Shown piece after piece: positions 39,571 through 52,623 of a stretch of DNA of 64,000 nucleotides; the first letter of the stretch is position 1, and every line of letters begins with the position of its first letter. Position numbers and translations under genes: made by a program. Location: the NCBI GenBank assembly GCA_038087875.1, contig CM075989.1, forward strand, positions 9,982,001 through 10,046,000, in the 5' to 3' direction. This DNA is from Malacoraja senta. Its lineage: Eukaryota. The notes under the pieces are model-generated. The model was not told the origin of the DNA. It was given only the letters and a program-made list of their open reading frames with translations, and did not search any database.

Positions 39571-41065
39571 ATCTTCAGGACGTGTTTTAGTAACAATGCT
39601 TGCACAATCATGCCAACTTCCATACAAACATTAAAAGACTGATCAATTATCAGATAGCTGTCATTCCCTATGGCTGAGACTGTCACATATCAAAGGAATA
39701 AACCTAGGTTCAAAACCCTCATGGCTGACGAGTGCGTCATTTCCAATAAAAGTACATTCAGTGAGGATGCATCTTCAATACACCTTTGCCACAGGAACAT
39801 ATAGGATGAAATAGTGGCATCATGGTTTTGATACTGTTTCAGCAACCCAGAGGCCAAAAGAAAGGTGTGGATACACAAATTCAAATCCCACCACAATCCC
39901 AGAAGCAATTTCCAATTAAATATATCTGAAATCAGTAATTGCAACCATGCAACTACTGGACTGTTGTGAAAACCCACCTGGTACATTATTCCCTTTAGGG
40001 AAATATACAGCTTGAGGATAAATAAGGATGGACAATAAATGCTGGCCTTGCCAATGACATCCATATCCCATGATTAAGAAAAAATGTGCACCGGCATCTT
40101 TTAGTTACATCCTGCTACAGTATAGCATTGCAAAGTAAGAGACACTTCAATAATTCCCTCCTCCCCAGCCATGTCAACATACCAGAGGTTCAGCACAACT
40201 ATTTCATCCCAGAATGTCTCCATATAACACTGGTATCAGTTTAAACTGAAGCACGAGGAATTGTCTGTCAAATACTTGAAAGAATATTTATTCCCCCATC
40301 TTTTCTTTTTGAATCAGAAAGAGATAGGTCAATGAAATTCAGTTTATCCAAATAACACATCAACAATTAGATAGTCGAGGCTTGTATTTACCCAGTTGAT
40401 TTGGTTTTTGGTAACCTTGGTTACCGAAGAAGGAACACTGGCCAGAACACCAGTTATAGGGGATTTAGTTTGTTGTTCATTCCAGTTATGTATGTGCACA
40501 TTGGTGGCAAGGCTGGCATCCACTGCCCATCTTGGTTGTTGTTTAATGCTGTAGTGCACCATTGCAAGCAATCTGATCTGGTTGAGAGGTTTGCTAGGCT
40601 ACTTCAGAGGGTAGTTAAGGATTAATGGAAGATATTAAAATGATCTTGCATTTATATAAAGCTAGTGCCTCAGAGGCAATGTCACATTGATCAGCGAGTA
40701 GCTTTCAAAGTATGTTTTCAAGGATTAGAGAAGTGGCTTCTGGGACTGGGGGGGGGGGGAATTGGTACTGAGGTGATGGAAACTAGGAATGATCAAGAGA
40801 ACAAACAGTGGGGGCCCAGGAAATGTTGGAGGTTGTTAAAGTAATCAAGAGGAGCAAGGACATAAACTTACAAATCTTAATTCTCATGTAGTGTATGTTG
40901 ATTAATGAATAAAATGGTGATATTTTGCAGCTCAGGATTGAGTCACTAAGTGTAGATTCAGCTGGGAGATGGAGATCAACCAGGAAAGCACTGGAATAAA
41001 CCATTACCAATATGCATTCATCAGGCAAATAACATCAACTTGAAGAACAGGAATTACAGCAATCA

Positions 41066-41341
<276 letters not shown>

Positions 41342-42044
41342 TTAGCAAAACGTGACACAAAGTGCAGCATTCTACACTGTATGGCGGCCTCACCCAAGCA
41401 TCGATATTTCCATGCCACCATACCCCTCCCTCCATCCCTGTAACTTCAACAACCTTTTTCTCTCATGCTGACCAATGGATTGACAAAATGTTAACACTTT
41501 TCTTCTCTTCACAGATGCTGCCTGGCCCTCTGAGTGCTTCCAGCATTTTCTGTTCTGTTTCAGATTTCCAACATCTACCTTTTGATTTTCCAAATTTGCC
41601 GTTTTGACCGACGCTATCCTTCCACATACGAGTTAAAACCTAAATTTTTTCTCGGCTGTGGCAGAATGAATCACCTTTCACCTCAGAATCAGAAGATAAT
41701 GGTTTCAAATCTCATTTGGAAAACTCAAGTATGAAGTCTTTGGCGGCACTCCAGCAAGAGAAGTGCCGTTAAAACCAGGTTCTGGCATGGATGACCTCAT
41801 GGCACTGTTTGAAGCAGGGAGTTCTCCCCAATGTCCTGACCAGCACTTAACCTTCCCACAACGTGACTGTATACAATTATCTGATTATCACATTGCTATT
41901 TCTGAGAATTTGGTCTACTTAAACACTGCTGATTCCCCCCCCCCCCCCCCCCCCCCCATTACAAATCTTCATCAGTTGTAAAGCACTTTGGAAAACCCTG
42001 AGAAACAGGAGATTTGGTGTCGTGGTAATAGAGGTCTTTTATTG

Positions 42045-42510
42045 TCAGAGTTATGCAGCACGGAAACAAGCCCTTCCGCCAAACTTGCCCAGGCCAACCA
42101 AGATGCCCCATCAACGCTAGTCCCACCTGCTTGTGTTTGCCCCTTATTCTTCTAATAATTTCCTATCCATGTACCTGTCCAAATGTCTTTTAAATGTTGT
42201 TACCTGCCTCAACTATCTCCTCTGGCAGCTTGTTCCATGTACCTACCACCCTCTGCGTGAAAAAGTTGCCTCTCAGGTTCCTATTAAATCTTTCCCCTCT
42301 CACCTTAAACCTATGTACTCTGGTTGTGGATTCCCTTGTTCTGGGTTAAAAGCTCTGTGCATTCACCCTATCTATTCCCCTCATGCTTTTACACACCTTA
42401 GATCACCCCTCAGCTTCCGTCGCTCCAAGGAGGAAAGTTCTAGCCTGGCCAAACTCTCCCTATAGCTCAGGACATTGTCCTTGCAAATCTTCCCTGCACT
42501 CTTTCCAGCT
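42045..42510 (-). mobile_element. CR1-type LINE 3' fragment
   Basis: High similarity to 52935-53420. Confidence 0.7.
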
Positions 42511-43090
42511 CATGTTGTTGTTTTGGGGTTTTGGATGCGAGGGAGGGGTAGGTACACAAGCTAAAAAGTTTGAAGTTTCAAAGCCTCACCTTCTACATTC
42601 ATATTGCAGTGACTTTTCAGCCCAGCAAATTTGCATTGCTCTATGCATCCACATGGTAGCCATTGACGACCTTTCTTAGTCCAAAGATTCTCAGATCCCA
42701 TTATTTACTGGACTCTCCTGGAACAATGGTTTCAGAAAATGCCAACGTTTCAGACCTCTTGTTCTCTTCATTTCTTTGATTATCTTTTCATGTCTGCTCT
42801 CACTGCAAATGATCAGCAATTAACCTTTTGGAATCAGGCCTCTCACCTCCCTCATCAGCTGCACAGATAGACAGGTTTTAAATGCACAGGCCAATTTGAG
42901 CATGTTGCTAATATCCCAGGTGCATCACTGAAATCACTGACAAGGTTATCTGCTTTAGTGAGGTTAGCTAAGGGCTAAATATTGACTGGGGCATTGGAAG
43001 AACTCTCCTGTTTCTGCACAATATTGCCTTAAGTTCTTTTCGAAGAAAGCTGATGCGATCTCAGATTATTGTCTCACCTGAAAGATGATA

Positions 43091-43323
43091 CAGTAAAACT
43101 CTGATAATCCGCTGTCTGACTATTTGGAAATCTCGGTGTTTCAACTGACTTAGCCGTTGATGCTATCTGCCCTCACTCTGAACTCACCGCGACCCTGGTT
43201 CCCCCGCTCCCTCTCAACTCGCTCTGTTTAATGAAAAACTTGACACTGGAAAATTTGTACCATATAACAATAAATTAGGTTGGGTTATTAATGTCCTAAG
43301 CATGCAAGAGTTGAGTTGTACTG
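43091..43323. mobile_element. Tigger-like MITE
   Basis: TA|CAGTAAAAC ... GTTGTACTG|TA short imperfect TIR with TA TSD. Confidence 0.45.
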
Positions 43324-43349
43324 TAACTCCCTCCATGGTAAGTGTAACC

Positions 43350-44178
43350 CAGGCAAGTGCCGTCAGGGTAGGCAAGGTAGGCAGTGCCTACCCTGACTAA
43401 AATTATAAAATGGTAATTTTATATATATAAAATATATATAAAATATATATAAAACATATATAAAATTGTCATAAATAGTAAAGGCACGGGAGAATTATGC
43501 TTCCCTATGAGATCGATCTCTTAGGGAGGCATAATTCTCCCGTGCCTTTCATCCGCAGTACATTTAACACGCGGATGTATGTGCTACTCACGTGCCGGCG
43601 ACGATGCTTCAAGCCATCAGTGGCAATGGTCCGTAAAGGCAGCTGACATTCTGCCTTTACACCGTGGACTGCGTGCATGTGCTGTGCAAGCACACCAGCC
43701 TACTGCGCATGCGCATACGCAAGTTTCTTGGCGGGTTTTTCAAAGATGGATAGTGATTACCTGAAGATTTTCTCGAAGCAAACTTACGAGGAAAATACCA
43801 AAATAATTGAAAATGGCAGACCAACGCCGGAACTTAAAGAACTTCAACACCGCAAAGGAACAAAAATAATTAGAACTTTTAAAACAGCTTGGTACAACAG
43901 GAAACAAAGAGATAAGAATGGATTTTGTGTACAAATAATATGGTAAGTAAAATTTCTTTGAGCTATATGTTTTTAAATACTTTATTAAGAGATAGGACCT
44001 ATTGAAGTCAAATTACTTGATAAAAGTCGAGAGAACAATCTGCGCATGCGCGGTTTCCAAGTATTTTTTAAAGCCGACTGACAGCTCGCCGGGGAGAGAA
44101 TAATCTGCGCATGCGCGGTTTTCAAGATTTTTTAAAAGCCACTGCCTACCCTAACTAATTACTCACGGCACATGCCTG
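43350..44178. mobile_element. non-autonomous hAT transposon (829 bp)
   Basis: TIR CAGGCAAGTGCCGT / ACGGCACATGCCTG. Perfect 8-bp TSD GTGTAACC at 43342-49 and 44179-86. Confidence 0.9.
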
Positions 44179-45808
44179 GTGTAACCCCACAATTGGTAAT
44201 AACCTAGAAAAACAATACTGTATTAATTCCAAATCCTATAGCCTCGCTGCCCACATAATACTATCAAACATTATATTCTTGCTTTCGTATTCTTTATCTC
44301 AACCAAACCTTCTGCTTGCCTTATCCTCTTGCGTTGTCTGCACACCAAGGACCCTCTGCTCCTCCTCTCCATTTCTATTTTAATCACTGAGCCCATTCTT
44401 CCATACCACTTCCAGGTGTTCTCTTCCATATTACTTAACAATCTTGGTAAGAACAAATAAAAGTGATTAATACTTGGGATCATTCAAGGTAGGCACACGG
44501 GCTTTTATTGGGCTTGTCCACAGTAGAACTCCAAGGAGCTGAAAATTACACTGAATAGGGTCTCCTCGCCACAAATTACTTTCCACCAGTGGTCCTACTG
44601 AGCAAAGCCATCACCAGGTGTGTTACCCAGGGACGGCACTGATTCCCAATGACATGGTCAGCTGGTCCCAGACAAGAGGGTTCTACTAATAGCTGAGTGT
44701 CTCTCTATACAGAGTAGCTCTGTGCAATGTGACATCACATTGCATGCACGGGTAGCCTAGATATTAAAAGCGGCCACAGCCCCGCTCACACCAGTGACAA
44801 GAGTTCTACAGCAAAATCAATGGATAAAGACTACAGCAGCAAGGTATTTTTGTAAAGTTCAGTGCTGAATTTATCGTCAGACTGTCAACATGATTTGCAG
44901 GCTTCTCCCATACATTCTCATGCACGCGCTCTCTCTCTCATTCACAGACACACAAACACACTGAATACACAATTGAGTTTGAACAGCTGCTACCCATTTT
45001 TGCTGCTCTGACAGCTGTTCTTGCTGGGAGAATTCAATCTCTCAGAAAAGAGCGATCCTCGTTTTAGAATAAAAGCTGCAATTCCAGAACAATAGTCTGC
45101 CGCTTAATCTCTCTCCCTTTCTCAAGACTAACTTTCACGGAGGTACAACTACACAGCCAAATGGTATCTGCCCCGTGTGACTCGTGGAGACTGGTGTTGA
45201 GGGTAACACACACACACACACACAGCATCACAGGAGCACAAACATTCTTGTTCACTTACACTCACGCACCCAACATCAACTTGCTCACACGGGTCAGTAA
45301 TCAGGAACAGAAACCTTAACTGCTTTTGATATGAGTCACCCGTTTCAAGACAGAAGGGTTGAAGTTCTAAAGATGGGGGCTAGGTTAGGAGATATGGCTC
45401 TAATTTTCAGCTGCAATCTCAAATTAAGACGTATCGTAGTGTGGTGAAGAGTGTTGCCTGTGTATGAGAATTCGGATCTCACTCACTCGCTCGTTCACTG
45501 ATGGGGTGCAATGTTCCTGCCTGGTCTCATTAAATCAGCTTCCTGCCACATTTCCTGTTTATCTTTTAAACTTGCACTGGGTTCAGCTTTTGCAGTGATC
45601 CACGTTCAATGAGTATTTTGTGTTCCTAACCCTCCTCTCCTGCTGGCGTTCGTTCAATCCTTGCTGGCTCCGCAGGGGCTTTAGTGAACGTTCCTTATTT
45701 GCCCTCAGGGTATTAAAGGAATATTACTTACCTTGGCTGGGACATGAGTGTTCAGCTCAGTCCACTCATTGTCCACTTTAGATCCACTCCTTGGAGTAGT
45801 GAGAATGA

Positions 45809-45994
45809 AGGTAGACAAAGTGCTGGAGAAACTCAGCGGGTGCGGCAGCATCTATGGAGCGAAGGAAATAGGCAACGTTTCGGCCCAAAATGTTGCCTAT
45901 TTCCTTCGCTCCATAGATGCCGCCGCACCCACTGAGTTTCTCCAGCACTTTTGTCTACCTTCGATTTTCCAGCATCTGCAGTTCCTTCTTGAAC
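45809..45994. mobile_element. palindromic PLE-derived mini-element
   Basis: Near-perfect inverted arms centred on GGCAACGTTTCGGCCCAAAATGTTGCC. 14-bp TSD AGTAGTGAGAATGA at 45795-808 and 45995-46008. Confidence 0.88.
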
Positions 45995-46081
45995 AGTAGT
46001 GAGAATGAGCTGAAACCTGGGGAATTCATTCTCTTTGCACCTTCCGTAAGAAGGCCAATGAATCAAGTTTCAACTACCTGT

Positions 46082-46176
46082 TGAACAGTCTGAAGAAGGG
46101 TTTCGGCCCGAAACGTTGCCTATTTCCTTCACTCCATAGATGCTGCCGCACCCGCTGAGTTTCTCCAGCACTTTTG
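46082..46176 (+). mobile_element. 95-bp PLE-derived insertion carrying an intact hammerhead core
   Basis: 9-bp TSD ACTACCTGT at 46073-81 and 46177-85. Starts 8 nt upstream of CTGAAGA. Confidence 0.85.
46090..46117 (+). ncRNA. minimal hammerhead ribozyme motif (PLE-type)
   Basis: CUGAAGA-A-GGG(UUUCGG)CCC-GAAAC-GUU. The loopless palindromic AACGUU stem III is typical of dimer-acting PLE hammerheads. Confidence 0.62.
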
Positions 46177-47541
46177 ACTACCTGTCTTAAGGCCACTTAT
46201 GACAAGCCATACGAATGACTATTTATTTTCAGGATATAACATAGCTAACCACCCTATTAGCTTTGAGAGCCTAACGGTGAGCAAGTTTCTTGAAACACTG
46301 TCAAAAGTACGGTTGGGTGGGAGAGCTCCAATTTTTTAGACCCAATGACAATGCAAGTTAAGAAAATGTCCACAGAGTCATCCAGTACCAAAATAGGCCC
46401 TTTTGACCACCTTGTCCACACTAATCATCAAACACCCATTTACAATAATCCCATTCTTCCCATCAATTCTAATTCTCAGATTCCACTACTCACCTACACA
46501 CAAGGAACAATTTACAGTGCCCAATGAACGTACCAACCAGAACCTTCATTGGGATGTGGGCCATGTACTTCAGTTCACCTGGTACATTTATCTGCTTTGG
46601 TGACAGACAGTGAGTGGACCTGGGAGGTTTGCAAGTGATGGAAGGAAACATGGTACAAGTGGTCGTAGGAATTGGTCCTTCCAGTCAGGTATGCTTGTCT
46701 TCTCCCCCGCCAGGAAGGTACACAGATCAACCGTCAAGCTCACCCCCACAGACACCCACCAATTCCACCCAGCAAGGACCCACCACCTCCAGCATTGACC
46801 AGAGGGACAGAGACAGGGTGGTCTAAAAAGGAATGAGAATTAAAAAGGAGATGCACGCTATTTCAAATGGCAACGCGCCAATGCTTTGACAGCTGGTTAA
46901 CTAGGCCTCCGCTTTATTGCCAGTGTAAATTACAACCACAAATGTGGTAAATGTTCAACTTGACAGATTTTATTATAAAGAGCGACAGTTGGCCAGGAGT
47001 GACTTGCAGAGCAGAGGCGAGCAGCAAAGGCGCAAAATGGCAATTCTGACAGTTTGTGTTAGAGATCAGAACATTTCAATCCCGTCCCTGGGAAAGAGAC
47101 ATCTTTCCCAAACCCATTTGCCTCCCAATCCCACACTGACAACTTCAGGCTGATTGGAGGAGACTGGTGACTCATTTGCCAGTGTTTACATTTCATTGGT
47201 AATCACACTGAATCATCTCATCCCTTATGACTTAAAATGGAAGGAGGATGGAGTGATGGACTTTCAATCTTTGCAGCTTTCTCCACAATTCATCATGCAG
47301 TCCCGACCAGCTGACACCCACTGTACCCCCCAACTTCTCCCTGCACCCGAGTGCCTAGCCACACTTCACAACGACAACATTTCCACTCCTGGAATCGTCC
47401 ACCTAAGCTGTGGATGTTCTGTCACAGAGTACATTCAATGTTGAGATAGATAGATGTTGTGACTCTCGAGCAACCTATAGATTGGGAATCAGGTGGGCAA
47501 GTATTGATTGAAGTACAAAATCAACCATGAGGGTATAAGAA

Positions 47542-47772
47542 GGATGGTGCAGCGGTATAGTTGCTGCCTCACAGTGCCAGAGACCTGGGTTCGATCCCGA
47601 CTGCAGGTGATGTCTGTTTTGTACTGTAAAGATGTAGAGTTTTATTGGTTAATTGGCTTTGGTAAAATTATAAATTGAATCTAGTATGCAGGATAGTGCA
47701 AGTGTATGGGGTGCTCACTGGTCGGCACAAACAAGGTGGGCCACACTGTATCTCTAAAGTCTAAAGTAAAGT
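47542..47772 (+). mobile_element. V-SINE, internally deleted
   Basis: tRNA head with GGTTCGATCC and (CTAAAGT)n tail. V-domain mostly missing. Confidence 0.75.
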
Positions 47773-47819
47773 TTAAAGAGGGCTGAGCAGGGTTAAACAG
47801 GGTGACTCCACTATTATTT

Positions 47820-48123
47820 GCCACAGTGGCGCAGTGGTAGAGTTGCTGCCTTGCAGCACTTGCAATGCCGGAGACCCGGGTTCGATCCCAACTACGGATG
47901 CTGTCTGTACAGAGTTTGTACGTTCTCCCCGTGACCGCGTGAGTTTTCTCCAAGATTTTCGGTTTCCTCCCACACTCCAAAGACGTACAGGTATGTAGGT
48001 TAATTGGCTTAGTGTAAGTGTAAATTGTCACTAGTGTGTGTAGGATAGTGTTAATGTGCGGGAATCACTGGTCGGTGCGGACTCGGTGGTCCGAAGGGAC
48101 TGTATCTCTAAACTAAACTAAAC
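47820..48123 (+). mobile_element. V-SINE (HE1-like), full length
   Basis: A and B boxes, V-domain, (ACTAA)n tail. Confidence 0.9.
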
Positions 48124-49905
48124 TGCAGAAATTGTCAAGGCTATTGCTTCAGCCTCAGAATTCACAGCTGTAAAGTCTTTATGGACGCTTTGAGTCATAG
48201 CATGTATACATCCAAAGAGATAAGAGTTTATTTACAAATTGCATGACAACACACTTAAACTTAGTTCGATGTTGGGTCTGAATAGCTCAGACAGTCTGTG
48301 GCATTGCTATGATGCGAGTGAGCATACGACTCTCCTAACCAATCAGGACCACTGTTTGAACTCACACACACTGACTGATAACAAAGCTCCTGCTTAAAAC
48401 CTACTGTAAAAGATAATTTCAGTTTGCTCTGGATGTTTTGTTTATATTCCAGAAAACAAATTGAACCGTGTTGATTTGTAGCAGATCAGTTCTCAGATTC
48501 TACCCCTGGATTATAGATTTAAGGACACCATTAACTAGCGGCTCCTACAGCCCGCCACCATCCAGTGACACCTTCTGGAATGTGATCCTGACATCATTAG
48601 GTGGGTGATTAAACAATAATCTACTGCCCAAACACAACATAAATCAAAATCCAAACAAGCTCGATGATGACTGATCAGACATATTGTCTCCCTTTTTTGT
48701 TTTCACCGTTCCTGTCCCTTCCCCATCCCTGAATTTCCCCGTGGTCTTATAATTCCCAGATCCCTGCAATGCTCCAAATCTGATCTCCTGCTCGTCTCTG
48801 TGGCCGCACCTTCAATTGTCTTTCTAAGTTCTGAAATTCTGCTCCCAAACCACTTCACTGCCTTTTCTTTCCCCTTCAAACCTCAATTTTTGAAGTCCAC
48901 CAATGGGATGTTTTAGTTTAGTTGCTCTACCTTTAACTAAAGTGTCCATTAAGTAGACCGAGTGTATGCATCTTCTGGAAGCCACAGTTCAGTCTTTGAG
49001 CCCTGCCCAGCAGCTGTTGTCGCTGTGCAGAGCTGCCCACGTCTGCCCGACCAGCCACTGTTGCTGGAATGTTAAACAACAGTCTCTTGTTCACTGTGGG
49101 ACAGTGTGCTCCAGTAGCGCTGAGTCAGGCAAACAAAGCTAAACCGTGGGCAGACTGCCAATGTAAACTTTGTGACCTGGGGGTGAACTTCCATCACCAG
49201 CGGTGCTCACTCAAATCTGATCACTTGAAAAACGGCAGCTCTCAATATTACATGGGCTACTCCCCGACCTGCTCAGTGAAATGTCAACCGGTGCCAGCTC
49301 ACACCTTTCATCCGTCTCCAGCCTCTGGTAAACAAGCTACTTACAAGGAAAGCAATGATTTATAGTGTAAAAAAGGCACCAGGATAGAGAGAAAAAAGAG
49401 AAAATGAGACGAAAGGGTGGATGAAAGAGAGACAAACAGATTTATTTTCCAATTTGAATTTCCCAATTCTCAGTGTAACCCAAAAATAACCTGGTAGTTC
49501 AGCAAAGGCATTTTCCTATTTGGGTACATTTGCACTGCGGGATTGATTACTTCAGGTTGGGGTGCTTCCATTTATCTTCATCCCCTGTCCTGAAGTAACT
49601 ACTGCATTAAATGTGGCCTGTACCTGCCATAGTTGCTCAGAATATGGAACTAGAAAACAAAAGCTGAAAGGCCACTATTGCCCCCCTCAATAAGATCATA
49701 GTTGGTCGTGCTCCTTGTCCATATCCCCTGGTTCCCTCAGTCTAAATATCTACCCATCTCAGCTCTAAATTAATTAAGTAACAGAGCCTTCTTATTTCCC
49801 ACAAGCTAAGGGAGATTCCATAATGCACTATATCTATAAACTCTAAACATCCAACAAGGTAAATGCCAATCTGCGATCATTGCATTTGTGGTTCTGTTGA
49901 CTCAC

Positions 49906-49959
49906 CCAAGTTACTGTGTGTTGGTGACAAGGGGTTTGGTGACAGGTCAGCCGCAGACC
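49906..49959 (-). CDS. SMAD3: SMAD3 exon 5 (linker SP cluster)
   Basis: 54 bp, TAG acceptor and GTGAGT donor on minus. GSAADLSPNPLSPTHSNL(D). Phase 1-1 fits its neighbours. Not in the ORF track. Confidence 0.9.
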
Positions 49960-50739
49960 CTAAACAGAGTCAGAAAAGCAACAATGTAAAGGTCCAGAAA
50001 CAATTCACGACACATTTCATATCAACAGAAGAAAGGTATATCTGCAGTGGTATCTGTACTTAATGATTAACATTTTACATATCTCTAATGTTAATTCTAA
50101 AATGGCAATAATCAGACATAACCAAATAGTGCAATATCCAAACTTCTGAGTCCAAGAATCTCCATAATTCCCCTGGAGAATGCAAAAATTAAACAATAAT
50201 TTTCACGACACTGCTGGTGACAAAAGCCAGGAAAATAGCTGGTGACAAAATCCAGGAAAATAAATCAAGAGAGGTTCAACAGAATATTTCAATTAAATTA
50301 TCAACCCGTGTTTCCTATTTCTCATAATTACACAAATAATAACGTGATTTTCATTATTATTTGTGTAATTATGAGGAATAGGAAACACAGGCGGATAATT
50401 TAATTGAAGTGAGTAGTCCATTGATTGGTTGGATATGTCAAGCAATGAATGAGACTGCAAAGAAGAATGGTTGAAGGCACGGGTCATGTGATGTTACCCC
50501 CAGGAACAAGTCCATTTTATTCCAAAGGCAAAGTGGAAAAAATGGAGATGTAAAAATTGCCACTGGTGTTTGGATCATCACACGTCAAGACAGCATGATG
50601 GAAAATAGTGACCCTTCAGCTGTGTCTGTGCAAGGGACATCATTGTCCCTCGCCACACTAACATTCTCCGCTTCTCCAATTCAGCGGGAATTTGTGGATC
50701 ATGCCTGCAATAGCACTGCTTGGAAGACGTTCATCCTTA

Positions 50740-50946
<207 letters not shown>

Positions 50947-51125
50947 TTAGATGTTGTATCAGTTTGGAGGTTTCATTTACAGGCTCCAGAGTGAAGGGTA
51001 AAAAAGGTAGAGATCTTGTTACGTTTGATCTTGTTTTCTAAAGTTGGACCATGCCCCCTTGAAAGTTTTGTTATTATTTACCAATTGCTTTCAACAATTG
51101 GTCCTTTGCCAACATTACTTTGGCT

Positions 51126-51410
51126 TAGTTTAGAGATACAGCATGGAAATGGGCTCCGAGGCCCACCCGTTCACATTAGTTCTTTGTTATCCCACCTTCT
51201 CATCCACTCCTAATACACTGGGAGCATTTTACGGAGGCCATTTGACGTACACTACCGCACGTCTTTGGGATGTGGGAGGAAACTGGAGCTCCCGGAGTAA
51301 ACTTGGGCAGTCACAGGGAGAACGTGCAAACTCTGCGCTGACAGCACCCGAGAATCGGGGTTGAACCTGGGTCTCAGGCGCCGAGATGGCAGCTCTACCA
51401 GCTGCGTCAC
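51126..51410 (-). mobile_element. V-SINE (HE1-like)
   Basis: Reverse complement of the same family. Confidence 0.85.
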
Positions 51411-51464
51411 TAAACATTTTTGAGACAAAGAACTGAATTCCAGAGATGAAGTGGGAGTGCTTGA

Positions 51465-52200
51465 CATCAAGGCTGCAATTTATCGAGTATGGCATCAAGG
51501 AACTCTGGTTAAACTGGAATGATTGGCCACAGGAGGAAATCCCTCCACTGAATGGAATCATACCCAGCACAAAGCAAGGTGGTGGTGGTTGAAGGCCAAT
51601 CATCAGCCACAGGTCATCTTTGCAGGAAGAGGTAGTGTGTAGTGATCTAAACCCAACCTTCTTCAGCTACTTTATTAGTGACTGCCTTCAATCGCAAGAT
51701 CACAAGTAGGGATATTCGCTGTCAATTGCACAAAGTTCAGCAACATTCACGACTCCTCAGATAATGAAGCATGTTCTCAACTAAATGTAGCAAGACCTGG
51801 ACAATATCCACGCCTCGGCTGATAGATAGCAAGTAACAGTCACAACACACAAGTGCAGGCAATGACTATCCAACAAGAGAAAATCCACAATCCCCCCCTG
51901 ACAATAAATGACATTACCATCAATAAATCCCCACCATCAATATCATGAGGATTACCATTGATGATAAACTGAACTAGAGTACCAATATACACGACGTGGC
52001 TATAAGAGCAGGAATCCTATGGAGTAACTCACTTCCTATGTCCCCAAGGTCTGTCCACCACCTATAAGGCTCGTCAGGAGAGTGATGGAACACTCTCCAC
52101 TTGTGTCGACGGGTGTAGCTTCAACGACACTTATGGAGCTCAGCACAGTGACAGAGCAGCTCCCTTGATGGCCACCACTATCCACAACCACTCACTCCAC
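51465..52200 (+). mobile_element. degenerate L2/CR1-group LINE RT fragment
   Basis: Remnants such as VWHQG and QQDLDNI..ADR.QVT. Confidence 0.6.
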
Positions 52201-52475
52201 ACCGATTGACCAACAAGATACAAACCTGGATGGGAACCATTTCTACTCAGAATGTGGTGGGTATATGGAATGAGCTGCCAGAGGACATGAAGCAATAACT
52301 ATAACAGTATTTAAAAGACACTGGACAAGTGCATGGATAGGAAAGGTTTAGCAGGATTTGGGCCAAACACAGGCAAATGGGACTAGCTTAGAAGGGACAT
52401 CTTGGTCATCATGGATGAGTTGGGCCTATGGACCTTTATCCTTGCTGTATAACTCTACGATGATCTGTTATCCAT

Positions 52476-52623
52476 CCTAAAAAGAACACAAAGTACTGGA
52501 GAAACTCAGCAGGTCAGGCAGCATCCCTGGAGATCATGGATAGGTGATGCTTCAGGTCAGGACAATTCTTCCAGGGACGCTGCATGACCCACTGAATTAC
52601 TCCAACTTATTTTGAAAATCTAC
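52476..52623. mobile_element. PLE-derived fold-back element
   Basis: Inverted pLTR arms joined at the hammerhead region. 9-bp TSD GTTATCCAT at 52467-75 and 52624-32. Confidence 0.7.
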
